DNA from: a virus
Lineage: Duplodnaviria > Caudoviricetes
Direction: 5' to 3' (one strand)
Virus record (IMG/VR): IMGVR_UViG_3300028797_000007
Span: 1 to 64,000 of that record
Length of the DNA stretch: 64,000 bases
The translations under genes and the position numbers were made by a program. A model generated the notes under the pieces. The model was not told the origin of the DNA. It saw nothing but the letters and a program-made list of their open reading frames with translations, and searched no databases. Positions 10,990-21,021 of the stretch are shown here, piece after piece; the stretch's first letter is position 1, and the number at the start of each line of letters is the position of its first letter.

Positions 10990-12210
10990 ATGGTTAAAAA
11001 TATAGGTCTCATGGACTATGATGTATTAAGAACCAAATATTACGTAGCCCCTAACTATGATTTAAGTTTAGTTTATAATTATTTAAAGCAAGATAAGAAC
11101 TTAAACGTTCGCCTTATATCTTCTCCCTCTCCTGCTAATTTAGAGCAATATGATAAAATATATGTCTTTAAACAATCGCAATTTATTCCACATCCATCTG
11201 GTTTCATTAAAGATTATTATAAGTTACCAATAGAAGAATATGGTCCTGGTTTCATTGACAAGCCATTACGTCCATTTTTAATGGAAACTAGAGACATGCT
11301 ACCAGATTGTAGCTGTTATAATAATATGATATTATTTTCTTTAGACAAACCTATGAATAAAATAGCATGAAAAGTTGATACTAAATTTGCTGTTGGTAAA
11401 GAATATCAACCAATTAGGTTATATGAAACATTTGAAGGAGAAGAACTAAAAAAAGATTATCCTACAACTAAATATTGCTTACTTTATGACGACCCTGTTG
11501 AAATACTTAATAACAAAGAAAAGTGAGAATATTATCAAGAATTGCGAAACAAGAAACATAAATTTCTGTTCGCACACACACTCGATATTAGCCAGTTGAA
11601 TGATACTAATATATTAGAGCAAGTAATAACAAAATCTAGGTATGCGGCGTTCAGGCGACGTATGATAGCTACTAAACTCAATGATAATATCAATTGGCTT
11701 GTGAAAAGAATGATGGGCGAAAAATATAGAAAATTAGGAATGATTTTAGTTAAGCTTCCTACTGATAGCACACCTGAAACCTGCTTTGAAACTTTATTAC
11801 TTATGAATTATTATAATCATAAGACAGGTTTTAAATTAAACCTTCGCCCTATGTGGGACAAAGGATATCTGGAAGATTATGACCTTGCTCTTCTCGCTTT
11901 TAGATATCTTGTTGGGAAACCTCAATATATGTCATACTACGAATATGTTTTTAATATCTCTTACTTACGTAAAGGAGTCCAAAAAGAATTAATACATACA
12001 GGAGAAGATAGATATGAATATATATTTAGCCAATATGGTATGTCACCTTTATTAAAGGTGCTAGAAAAATGATTAAAGAACCATCCTCAATTTGAGGAAC
12101 ACATTTTTATAGGAGGTAGTTCAAATTATGACAAACAAAGAAGGAAATATTATGACGAGGGAAGAAGCGGCTTCAACATTAAACCAAGTGTTGACAACAT
12201 TAGCTCTTAA
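10990..12210 (+). CDS. Hypothetical protein (406 aa; TGA=Trp at 11368, 11524, 12070); N-terminus resembles phage B12-binding/radical-SAM-like proteins
   Basis: One frame from ATG 10990 to TAA 12208; NIGLMDYD...PNYDL N-terminus; no CxxxCxxC motif. Confidence 0.6.
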
Positions 12211-12355
12211 CTCAGTGCACAATAAAAGATTATTAGAGTATGCTGATGAACTAGATAGATACATTGCCTATTTAGATGCTCAAGAAGCAAAGAAAGAAGA
12301 AAAAGTAGAAGAACCTAAAGCAGGCGAAGAAACAAATGAACCAAAAGCAGAGTAA
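12128..12355 (+). CDS. Hypothetical protein
   Basis: AGGAGG RBS; alternative start at 12152; overlaps the end of the previous gene. Confidence 0.6.
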   Translation: MTNKEGNIMTREEAASTLNQVLTTLALNSVHNKRLLEYADELDRYIAYLDAQEAKKEEKVEEPKAGEETNEPKAE

Positions 12356-13037
12356 TCTACTTACTCTTGCTACGAAATTAGGCGTTGACATTCTTAACAT
12401 CTATGATTATCAAAATAAAGATAGTGTTATCAGATGTTCGTGCTCAAGCCACGGACATATAATAGAAAACACTGTTGATTATTTATTGAAGACTAATTTT
12501 GAGTGTATAGAATGTATGCACTTAAAAGCTATTGATGTTACGGATGTAACGCCCTTTTTCTTATCTTTAGATGCAGCCTCTTATGTTACTGGCATGTCTT
12601 TATTCAATAAAGAAGGGCAATTGTTAGGGCATAAAACTTTTAGTATTGATAAGAAAAAAGACTTCTTCGAACGTGTAGAAGAATTAAAGCGAGAGATAGA
12701 AAAAATAGTAAAGGAAAATAATATCCAATGTGTTATCTTGGAGGATATACAATACCAACAAAATCCTATACTATTTAAAAAACTAGCAATGTTGCAGGGT
12801 GTTTTACGTTATACTATAATAAATGAATTAAAAGTGCAACTGATAACTGCAATGGCTGATGAATGGAGAGCTTACAACCATATATATGGAACCAAAAGGC
12901 AAGACCAAAAGAAAGCAGCTATAGAAAGAGCACACGCCATTTTTAAGGATGATATACCCGAAGATGAAAGTGAATCCATCTTCTTAGGTTATTATGGCAT
13001 TCATATATATAACAACGGACCCCAAGAGGAAGATTAA
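12336..13037 (+). CDS. RuvC-like Holliday junction resolvase with N-terminal Zn-ribbon
   Basis: LSLDAASYVTG, VILEDIQ, LAMLQGVL, DESESIFLG acidic RNase-H-fold motifs; N-terminal CxC..HGH...CxxC. Confidence 0.75.
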   Translation: MNQKQSNLLTLATKLGVDILNIYDYQNKDSVIRCSCSSHGHIIENTVDYLLKTNFECIECMHLKAIDVTDVTPFFLSLDAASYVTGMSLFNKEGQLLGHKTFSIDKKKDFFERVEELKREIEKIVKENNIQCVILEDIQYQQNPILFKKLAMLQGVLRYTIINELKVQLITAMADEWRAYNHIYGTKRQDQKKAAIERAHAIFKDDIPEDESESIFLGYYGIHIYNNGPQEED

Positions 13038-13077
13038 ATCTACCTTAACATAATTTAACTAATTAGGAGGATTTAAA

Positions 13078-15285
13078 ATGGACATCATTAAAAGAGATGG
13101 AAGAATAGTTCAATTTGATAAAGAAAAAATTATCACAGCTATTTTAAAGGCCTTTGGAGCTGTAGGAACTATTGACGAATACGCTAAAACAAAGGCAGAA
13201 AATATTGCAAGTTATATTGCTGAAAAAGTAGAAGAAAGACCTGAGCCTTATGGAGTAGAAGAAATTCAAGACTTAGTAGAACAAGGTTTAATGAGCCTAA
13301 AACACAAGGATGTAGCAAAAGCCTATATCCTTTATAGAGAAGAAAGAAACAAGGTACGTCAAGGCAAAACAAGTTTAATGAAATTAATCGGTAAAAAAAT
13401 AGATGCCAGTGATGTGCAAAATCAAAACGCAAATATGGATGAGCATTCTTTTGGTGGACGTATGGGAGAAGCTCGTAATGAACTTATGAAAGACTACGCT
13501 TTAAATTATTGTGTTAGCAAAAAAACACGTGATAACCACGTAAACAATGAAATATATATCCATGATTTGGATAGTTATGCAGTAGGAGAACATAATTGTT
13601 TAACAATTCCTTTTGACGATTTATTAGCCAAAGGTTTTAATACTAGACAAACTGATGTTAGACCAGCTCGTTCAATTAATACAGCTATGCAATTAGTAGC
13701 GGTTATATTTCAATTACAATCATTACAACAATTTGGTGGAGTTAGTGCTTCACATTTAGACTGGACTATGGTTCCTTATGTAAGATTATCATTCTTTAAA
13801 CATTATAGAGATGGTATGAATTACATAGAAGAAATGGAGCTATCAGAAGATTATAATGAAACACTATCCATCGATGACGAAAAATACAAAAAATTCCCCA
13901 GAGTATATAAATACGCTATGGACAAAACTGAAAAAGAATTAATGCAAGCAGTGCAAGGCATGTATCATAACTTAAATACTCTACAATCTCGTAGTGGTAA
14001 TCAATTGCCATTTACATCTATTAATTATGGTACTTGTACATTACCAGAAGGTAGAATGGTAACTAAAGCATTATTAGAGGGTTCTATAGAAGGTGTTGGT
14101 AAAGTTAGAAAAACTCCTATATTCCCATGTGGTATATTCCAATGTATGAAAGGAGTTAATAGAGCACCAGGTGACCCTAATTATGATTTATTCCAATTAG
14201 CATTACGCTCTACTGCACAAAGATTATATCCTAACTATGTAAATGTAGATTGGTCAGTAAATGCAGGGTATGATAGAAATGACCCTAAGACCTACGTATC
14301 TACAATGGGATGTAGAACTTATAATGGAGCAGATATTAATGCTGAACCTGGTACTAATCCGCAAACTAAAGATGGACGTGGTAATATTGCCCCTACAACT
14401 ATTATTATGCCTACATTAGCAATGGAAGCAGATAGAGATGTAGAAAAATTTATGGAATTATTAGACCAAAAAATTCATGAAGCTAAAGATAGCTTAATTG
14501 AAAGATATCAACATGTTATTAGCCAAGACCCAGCATCAGCAAGATTTATGTATGAAAATGGTTTAATGCTTGGTTATGATGGTAAGACAGTAGAGTCTGC
14601 TATGAAACATGGTACATTAGTTATCGGTCAATTAGGTTTAGCTGAAACTTTACAATTATTAATCGGCAAAGACCATACAACTGAAGAAGGTATGGAATTG
14701 GCAAAAAGAATAGAACAGTTATTTAAAGACAGATGTGCTGAGTTTAAAAAAGACTTGCACCTAAATATAGGAGTTTATTACACTCCGGCAGAAAACTTAT
14801 GTTATACGGCTATGAAAAAGTTTAAAAAGAAATATGGAGAAATCCCTAACGTAAGCGATAGAGATTACTTTACTAACTCAATCCATGTACCAGTTTGGAA
14901 AGAAGTAGACCCATTTGAAAAGATAGATATTGAAAGTCAACTAACTGGATATAGTAACGCTGGATGTATTACTTACGTTGAGTTAGATAGCGGTGCAAAA
15001 AATAACCTAGAAGCATTAGAAGCATTAGTAAATTATGCCATGGATAAAGATATCCCTTATTTTGCTATTAATGTTCCTAATGATACTTGTTTAGACTGTG
15101 GCTATGTTGATGAGTTCAATGATGAATGTCCAATGTGTCATAGTCATAATATACAACAATTACGCCGTGTTACAGGATATTTAACTGGGGACTACAAAAC
15201 TGCTTTTAACTATGGTAAGCAAAAAGAAACCGAAGATAGATTTAAGCATTCCCAATTACTGGAGGATTGGAACAATGAAGTATAA
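13078..15285 (+). CDS. nrdD: Class III (anaerobic) ribonucleotide reductase
   Basis: ATP cone (IIKRDG), IHDLD, HNC, TMGCRT, TPAENL, CxxC/CxxC, glycyl-radical loop RRVTGYL. Confidence 0.97.
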   Translation: MDIIKRDGRIVQFDKEKIITAILKAFGAVGTIDEYAKTKAENIASYIAEKVEERPEPYGVEEIQDLVEQGLMSLKHKDVAKAYILYREERNKVRQGKTSLMKLIGKKIDASDVQNQNANMDEHSFGGRMGEARNELMKDYALNYCVSKKTRDNHVNNEIYIHDLDSYAVGEHNCLTIPFDDLLAKGFNTRQTDVRPARSINTAMQLVAVIFQLQSLQQFGGVSASHLDWTMVPYVRLSFFKHYRDGMNYIEEMELSEDYNETLSIDDEKYKKFPRVYKYAMDKTEKELMQAVQGMYHNLNTLQSRSGNQLPFTSINYGTCTLPEGRMVTKALLEGSIEGVGKVRKTPIFPCGIFQCMKGVNRAPGDPNYDLFQLALRSTAQRLYPNYVNVDWSVNAGYDRNDPKTYVSTMGCRTYNGADINAEPGTNPQTKDGRGNIAPTTIIMPTLAMEADRDVEKFMELLDQKIHEAKDSLIERYQHVISQDPASARFMYENGLMLGYDGKTVESAMKHGTLVIGQLGLAETLQLLIGKDHTTEEGMELAKRIEQLFKDRCAEFKKDLHLNIGVYYTPAENLCYTAMKKFKKKYGEIPNVSDRDYFTNSIHVPVWKEVDPFEKIDIESQLTGYSNAGCITYVELDSGAKNNLEALEALVNYAMDKDIPYFAINVPNDTCLDCGYVDEFNDECPMCHSHNIQQLRRVTGYLTGDYKTAFNYGKQKETEDRFKHSQLLEDWNNEV

Positions 15286-15769
15286 CAAAGTAGTAAAATT
15301 TGAAATAACAAATGGGAAGGGTATAGGCGTATCCTTGTTTACTCAAGGATGCCCTTACCACTGTCCAGGATGTTTTAACCCAGAAACTTGGGATTATGAT
15401 AAAGGAAACTTTTGAACACCTGGAGCCGAAGAAAAATTTTTAAAAAGTATATCTCGTAAATATATAACTAGAGTTAGTTTTCTAGGAGGAGAACCTCTTT
15501 CAGACATTAACTTACCTGACTTATTAAGGATAGTAAAAAAAATAAAGGAAGAATATCCTCAAAAGAAAATATGGTTCTATAGTGGAAATACTTATGAGAA
15601 TATGACAAAAGAACAGCTAGAAGTATTATCATATGCAAATTATTTAGTAGATGGCCCTTTTATATTAAATAAAAGAGACGTTAGCCTTCCTTTTAGAGGG
15701 TCAAGTAATCAACGTATAATTGATATACAAGAAACAATCAAAACAGGAGGGGTAGTCTTATATGAATAA
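15275..15769 (+). CDS. nrdG: Anaerobic RNR activase (radical SAM; TGA=Trp at 15413)
   Basis: GCPYHCPGCFN; after the TGA: LGGEP, WFYSG, DGPF, FRGSSNQR; TAA 15767-15769. Confidence 0.93.
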
Positions 15770-15929
15770 TTGAGTTGATATATTAAAAATAGTTTTCCCT
15801 GCTCTTATGGTTACAGGAGCTACAGGGAGCTTAGTAGTAAACATCTGTACTAAAGGTAATTGGCCAGTGTCTTTACAATGGTTAGGAGCCGCTTTATTAT
15901 ATACAGCATTATTATTTAGAAATAAATAA
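15762..15929 (+). CDS. Small two-TM membrane protein (55 aa; TGA=Trp at codon 4)
   Basis: MNN(W)VDILKIVFPALMVTG...WLGAALLYTALLFRNK; GGAGG RBS; absent from the ORF track. Confidence 0.7.
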
Positions 15930-15946
15930 TATGGAGATGGTTGTGA

Positions 15947-16183
15947 ATGTATCCATGAGAATTAGAACAATTTATTAAAGAAAGAAATTATTACCTAGGA
16001 GGAGACGATTTAATGAAGGCTACTTCTATTCAAGAAAATCCTCAATTAATAGGTATAGAATATAAACCTTTTGAAAATAAATATTATCTTTGAGATAGGG
16101 AAGGTAATACTTATTCTTTCACTCCTATGCCTTACCAAGAAGCAGAAGAAAAGGGTTTAGTAAAAACATTAAGAAAAAAATAA
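15947..16183 (+). CDS. Hypothetical protein (78 aa; TGA=Trp at 15956, 16091)
   Basis: MYP(W)ELEQFIKERNYY...YYL(W)DREG...KTLRKK; fills an otherwise empty gap. Confidence 0.7.
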
Positions 16184-16230
16184 AAATAGGGTTGTCATAC
16201 TTGACAATCTCCTTATTTTTTTGATATGAT
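16182..16230 (+). promoter_or_regulatory. Terminator hairpin overlapping a sigma-A promoter
   Basis: Stem TTGTCA-TACT-TGACAA with T-run; TTGACA(16201)-N18-TATGAT with TG extension. Confidence 0.7.
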
Positions 16231-16253
16231 ATATATGCAAAGGAGAGATAAGG

Positions 16254-16406
16254 ATGATACAAAAAAAATTCAAAGATGTTTGTGATAATTGCAAACAATT
16301 TGATTATTGTAAAGGATATAAAGAAAAAATATTATGTCCTAATTGTATTCAAAAAGAGGAGGAAAATAAAAATGGAAATGGAAACACAAACAGGAATAAT
16401 GATTAA
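16254..16406 (+). CDS. Small Zn-finger protein (50 aa)
   Basis: MIQKKFKDVCDNCKQFDYCKGYKEKILCPNC..., two CxxC motifs; AGGAG RBS; first gene after the promoter. Confidence 0.65.
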   Translation: MIQKKFKDVCDNCKQFDYCKGYKEKILCPNCIQKEEENKNGNGNTNRNND

Positions 16407-16830
16407 AAAATTATTTGAAGATGCTATAGTACCTACCAAAGGTAGCGAATATGCAGCTGGTTATGATTTATATGCTCATTTAGGAGAACATGAATTATTA
16501 GTGATTAAACCACATGAAACAGCCAAGGTTGGTACTGGTATAGCGGTAAAACCACCAAAAGGAACTTTCGGCGCAGTATTTGCTCGTAGTGGTTTAGCAA
16601 CTAAACAAGGACTAAGACCAGCAAATTGTGTAGGCGTATGTGATTACGATTATCGTGGAGAATATATTGTAGCATTATATAATGATAGTGAAGAAGAAAG
16701 AACTATTGCAAATGGAGACCGTATAGCTCAATTAGTTTTTATCCCTTATGAAACAGGAGACTTAACTGTCGTAGACGAATTAGATGAAACAGAAAGAGGA
16801 GCTGGAGGTTTTGGTAGTACGGGAGTATAA
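16372..16830 (+). CDS. dut: Trimeric dUTPase
   Basis: AGYDL, RSGL, GVCDYDYRGE, GDRIAQL, RGAGGFGSTG; start at 16372 after GGAGG. Confidence 0.95.
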   Translation: MEMETQTGIMIKKLFEDAIVPTKGSEYAAGYDLYAHLGEHELLVIKPHETAKVGTGIAVKPPKGTFGAVFARSGLATKQGLRPANCVGVCDYDYRGEYIVALYNDSEEERTIANGDRIAQLVFIPYETGDLTVVDELDETERGAGGFGSTGV

Positions 16831-16832
16831 TT

Positions 16833-17015
16833 ATGAATATTATACCATTCTTAGCGACACAAATTGCATTGCAAAGCACAACTATGGCGCTGCAACAAAA
16901 TAACCATTATCAGATAGCGCATTTTAGGTCTAAAGAAGAAAAAGACAAGGAAGAAAAGTATATCCCCAAGCACGCTAAAAAAGAAGACTTGGAGAAGGAA
17001 CAGGTGTCAATGTAA
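16833..17015 (+). CDS. Small hypothetical protein
   Basis: 60 aa between dut and tdk, translationally coupled. Confidence 0.55.
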   Translation: MNIIPFLATQIALQSTTMALQQNNHYQIAHFRSKEEKDKEEKYIPKHAKKEDLEKEQVSM

Positions 17016-17593
17016 TGAGTAAATTATATTTTAGATATGGGGCTATGAATAGCGGTAAAACAGCTGCTCTTCTTCAAGTAGCCCACAACTATGAAGAAAA
17101 AGGGATGAATGTGGTTGTAATAAAATCTTCTATTGATACTAAAGGAGATACTAAAGTTACTAGTCGCCTAGGTGTTGAAAGAGAAGTAGATGTAATATTA
17201 GCACCAAATGAGGGAATTATGGAACATATGGTTAATAAAAAACCTGATGCCATTATTGTAGATGAAGCACAATTCCTTTCAGTAGACCAAGTAGACGAAT
17301 TATACGTTATAACTAAGACTTATGGAGTTCCTGTTTTAGCCTATGGGTTAAGATGTGATTTCCAAATGAAAGGATTCCCAGGAGCATCTAGACTACTTGA
17401 GTTAGCAGATGATATAGAAGAATTAAAAACCATCTGTAATTGTGGTAAAAAGGCAACACAAAATATAAGATTAGTAAATGGGGAGCCTACTTTTAAAGGT
17501 TCACAAGTAGTTATAGATGGAACAACCAACATTACTTACGATAGTGTTTGCGGAGAATGCTATTTAAAATTAAAAAAACTATATAAAAAATAA
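17015..17593 (+). CDS. tdk: Thymidine kinase
   Basis: YGAMNSGKT, VDEAQF, YGLRCDF, Zn-binding Cys pairs (CNCG, CGEC). Confidence 0.96.
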   Translation: MSKLYFRYGAMNSGKTAALLQVAHNYEEKGMNVVVIKSSIDTKGDTKVTSRLGVEREVDVILAPNEGIMEHMVNKKPDAIIVDEAQFLSVDQVDELYVITKTYGVPVLAYGLRCDFQMKGFPGASRLLELADDIEELKTICNCGKKATQNIRLVNGEPTFKGSQVVIDGTTNITYDSVCGECYLKLKKLYKK

Positions 17594-17598
17594 AAAAA

Positions 17599-17721
17599 TT
17601 AAAAGCACAAAATATAAAAATGAAGCTCATTTTAGTAGCGTAAATCGCTTAAAATATATTTTTAATATAAATATATTAAAAAAGATAAAAGTCGTTAAAA
17701 ATGAGCTTTAAATGCTTTTAA
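17599..17721 (+). promoter_or_regulatory. Nested inverted-repeat leader of the sugar-modification cluster; contains conserved element copy 2
   Basis: TTAAAAGCA/TGCTTTTAA and AAGCTCATTTT/AAAATGAGCTT stems enclose two small hairpins; ends at the AGGAGG RBS. Confidence 0.5.
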
Positions 17722-17732
17722 AGGAGGTAAGC

Positions 17733-18650
17733 ATGAAATACTTAATAACTGGTAGTGGGTATTTAGCTAAACATCTTATAAAAGAACTTTTGAAATCAAA
17801 TGATGTAGAAAAAATTAAAGTATTCTCAAGAGCAGAAAAAGGTCAGTGAGAATTAACTAAGATTTTTAAAGATAAAAGAATAGATTTAATTATTGGTGAC
17901 ATCAGAGATGCTCAAGCCATCAATGATGCTATGAAAGATGTAGACTACTGTATTCACACTGGAGCTATTAAAAGAATTGAGGTTGCAGAAAAACAACCTA
18001 TGGAAGCAATTAAAACTAATGTAGTAGGAAGTATGAATGTAATTAACGCTTGTATAGCGAATGGTGTTAAAAAACTTATTCTTATTTCAACTGACAAAGC
18101 AACTTCTGCTACGACTTGTTATGGTAGCACAAAATTTTTAATGGAATGCATGGGTTATGCTAATGAAAGTAACACAGCAATTATTAGCACAAGATATGGT
18201 AATGTATTTGGTTCAACAGGTAGTGTTGTTCCTATATTTGATAATCTAGTTAAAAAAGATGAGCCACTAACTGTTCGTAATGGAGAAATGACTCGTTTCT
18301 TTATGCCGGTAGATAAATGTGTTAGTATAGTAATGGACGCTTTAAAAGATGGACAAAATGGTGAACTATGGGTTTATGAAAGTAAATCTTGTTCTATTCA
18401 AGAATTAGCAAACGCTTTTAGCAATAACCAAATCGTTACTGGAACTGAAAGCATTGAAAAAAATGATGAAGCACTTATTACCGTAAGTGAATTAAATCAT
18501 AGTAAGAAATATAAAGATTATTTTGTTATTCGCAAAGATTATGAAAGCGATATCAAATATGAGGAACCATTAACAAGTTATACTGCACAAAGATTAACAC
18601 AAGAAGAAATAAAACAAATGATAGAGGATTGGAGAGCAAATGAAAATTAA
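17733..18650 (+). CDS. UDP-GlcNAc 4,6-dehydratase (PseB/FlaA1/CapD family; TGA=Trp at 17847)
   Basis: FSRAEKGQ(W)EL, GDIRD, KTNVVG, STDKA, YGSTK, RYGNVFGSTGSVVP, MTRF. Confidence 0.9.
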
Positions 18651-19440
18651 GCTATACTCTCTCTATCCTCGCTTTAATGATTTTCAATTACCTAAATATA
18701 TTAAGTGGTCAGATGACGGGGAAATTGAAGCATACCAGGATTCATTTATATCATTAGGTATACAAAATAAAGATAATGGTAAAAAGAAAATTGCTATTAT
18801 TACTGAACCTAGATGTGTTTGGGAATTATTTTATAAAACTAATTTAAGTGATTTATTGGAAGAAAACCAGGGCGTATTTGAATATATATTCACTTACGAC
18901 TCCGTTATCCTAAATCTGCCAAATGCTAAACCGGTACCTTTTGCAGGAGTTTGAGATACAAATGACTTGGTAAAAACAAAAGATATATCAATGTGTTGCT
19001 CAAACAAATCAATGTGTGAAGGTCATTTATTAAGAAAAAAAGTTGCAGATAAATTGAAAGATAAAGTAGATGTTTTAGGAAACTATCTAGGACCTGTAAG
19101 AGTATCTACAAAAGATATTTATGGTGAATACAAATATAGCGTAGTTATGGAAAACGAAATTGACGAATGGTTTTTTACTGAAAAAGTATTAAATGCGTTT
19201 GCTAATAAATGCATCCCAATATATTATGGTTCACCTAAAGTATTAGATATATTTAACAAAGATGGTATTATCTATGTAGAAGATATAAATGATATAGAAA
19301 ATATAATAGATAATCTAAATCCTAATGAATATAAAAATCATTTGAAAGCAATAGAAGAAAACTATGAAAAGGTTAAAAAATATGTATGCTTTGAAGATTA
19401 CTTGTATGAAACCTATAAAGACTTATTGGAGGAATTATAA
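18640..19440 (+). CDS. GT10-like (fucosyltransferase-like) glycosyltransferase (TGA=Trp at 18952)
   Basis: ISMCCSNK..CEGH..R, YKYSVVMEN, FFTEKVLNAF, IPIYYG match the GT10 C-terminal motifs. Confidence 0.8.
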
Positions 19441-20657
19441 TGTTTAGTATTGTAATGATGTCTTGCGACAAATATAAATGTCTAGCCCCTGCTTTTGAAG
19501 CATGCTTAAATAAATATTACCCTAATCATCCAAAAATCTATTCAATCTTTGGTGATGATATATGGAGTAAGCGTTTAAGAGAAGGTGTTAAGCAAATTGA
19601 AGACGAATATATTTTATTTATGTTAGACGATATGTTCGTTAGAGAACCTGTTAATGAAGAATTAATAAACGATGCCTTACAAGTATTACAAAATAACCCA
19701 AAAGTTGCCGTAGTTAATTTTGAAAATAATTATAGAGATGCTATAGCATTTTCTGATAATTGGGTAGAACAAAAACAAAATCAAATGTATTTACATAGTT
19801 GTCAACCAAGTCTATGGAGAAAAGCTGCCTTAATAGATAATTTATCTAAAGACGAAGATGCTTGGTCATGAGAGATGACTTGGATAAATAATAATTGAAA
19901 ATATCTAATTAATAAAGGTGCTAATATTATTAATGTAGGGAGAACTAATGATTTAAACTGGGGAGTTGCAAGAGGAAAATTAACTAGTGAATGCAGGAGA
20001 TTTTTAATTTCCGAAGAATTATATTCAAATGAGATAAAAGAGTTCTTTAGACCGGTTAAATTAACTCTTATAACACCTTATTATAAAACTTTAAATGAAA
20101 CAAAAGAATTAGCCAATATATTAGGACCTCAGTTAACTGATGAAGTTGAGTGGATAATTATAGATGACGGCTGTCATGAGACAGAATTAGATAATTTACC
20201 TGCTAAGGTTATTCATTTAGAAAATAACAGTGGTAATGCAAGCATACCTCGTAATATCGGTTTGGATAATGCCGAAGGAACATACATTGGTTTTATTGAT
20301 AGTGATGATATGATTTCTCAAAGATATGTTGAAGTTTTATTAAATAAAATCAATGAGGAGATATTTGATTACTGTTTATTTAGTTGGAAATATAAACAAA
20401 ATGATTTAGGAGCTGTAATAATTACAGACCAACCACCAGCATGGAATCAATCTATTTGGAATTGTATTTATAAAAGAGATATGATAGGTAATATTAGATT
20501 TAATCCAGATATAGATTTTGGAGAAGATGCCTTATTTAATTACGAAACACGAAAGGGCATTAAAGTAAACGTTACAGACATATTATATATTTATAACGGT
20601 GGACGAATTGGTGGATTAACTTGAAGACAAGGACAAAAAGAAAAAGAGAGTGTGTAA
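19440..20657 (+). CDS. Two-domain glycosyltransferase: GT-A-like N-domain plus GT2 C-domain (405 aa; TGA=Trp at 19869, 19896, 20622)
   Basis: N-domain SCDKY, LFMLDD, QPSLW, AWS(W)E; C-domain ITPYY, IIIDDG, RNIGL, FIDSDD, GED. Confidence 0.82.
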
Positions 20658-20692
20658 TAAAGTTTACACACTCTTATTTTTTTTGATATAAT
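20643..20692 (+). promoter_or_regulatory. Terminator hairpin overlapping a sigma-A promoter
   Basis: AGAGTGTGTAA / TTACACACTCT stem with T-run; TTTACA(20663)-N18-TATAAT with TG. Confidence 0.75.
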
Positions 20693-20717
20693 ATTTATAT
20701 AAAAGAAGGTGAATAAT

Positions 20718-21020
20718 ATGAGAAAAGTTTATGTAATAAATTATGTAGAAACTTACAGTGATGGCAGTTTCTTGGCTGGGGTTAGCTATGTAATGCCTAC
20801 ATTATACGATGCTCAAAAAATGTTAAAAAGTATAAAAGAAGATGAGAAGCAATTTTATCTTGATGCTGGAACTAGAGAAACGATGGAAGAAATTAATGAA
20901 TTATTCCATGATATTGAACAAGGGAACGGCTTTAAAATTGATTTTGGTGATGAGTATACTATGTATACGATACGAGAATATGAAGTTAAAAAATATAATG
21001 ATATAATAAGAGGAAATTAA
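20718..21020 (+). CDS. Hypothetical protein
   Basis: AAGGTG RBS, ATG at 20718 (alternative GTG 20709). Confidence 0.7.
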   Translation: MRKVYVINYVETYSDGSFLAGVSYVMPTLYDAQKMLKSIKEDEKQFYLDAGTRETMEEINELFHDIEQGNGFKIDFGDEYTMYTIREYEVKKYNDIIRGN

Positions 21021-21021
21021 G

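Noticed and set aside
16276-16371. N-terminal extension of dUTPase in the ORF track
   Set aside because: The strong RBS precedes ATG 16372, and the upstream DNA encodes the Zn-finger ORF in another frame
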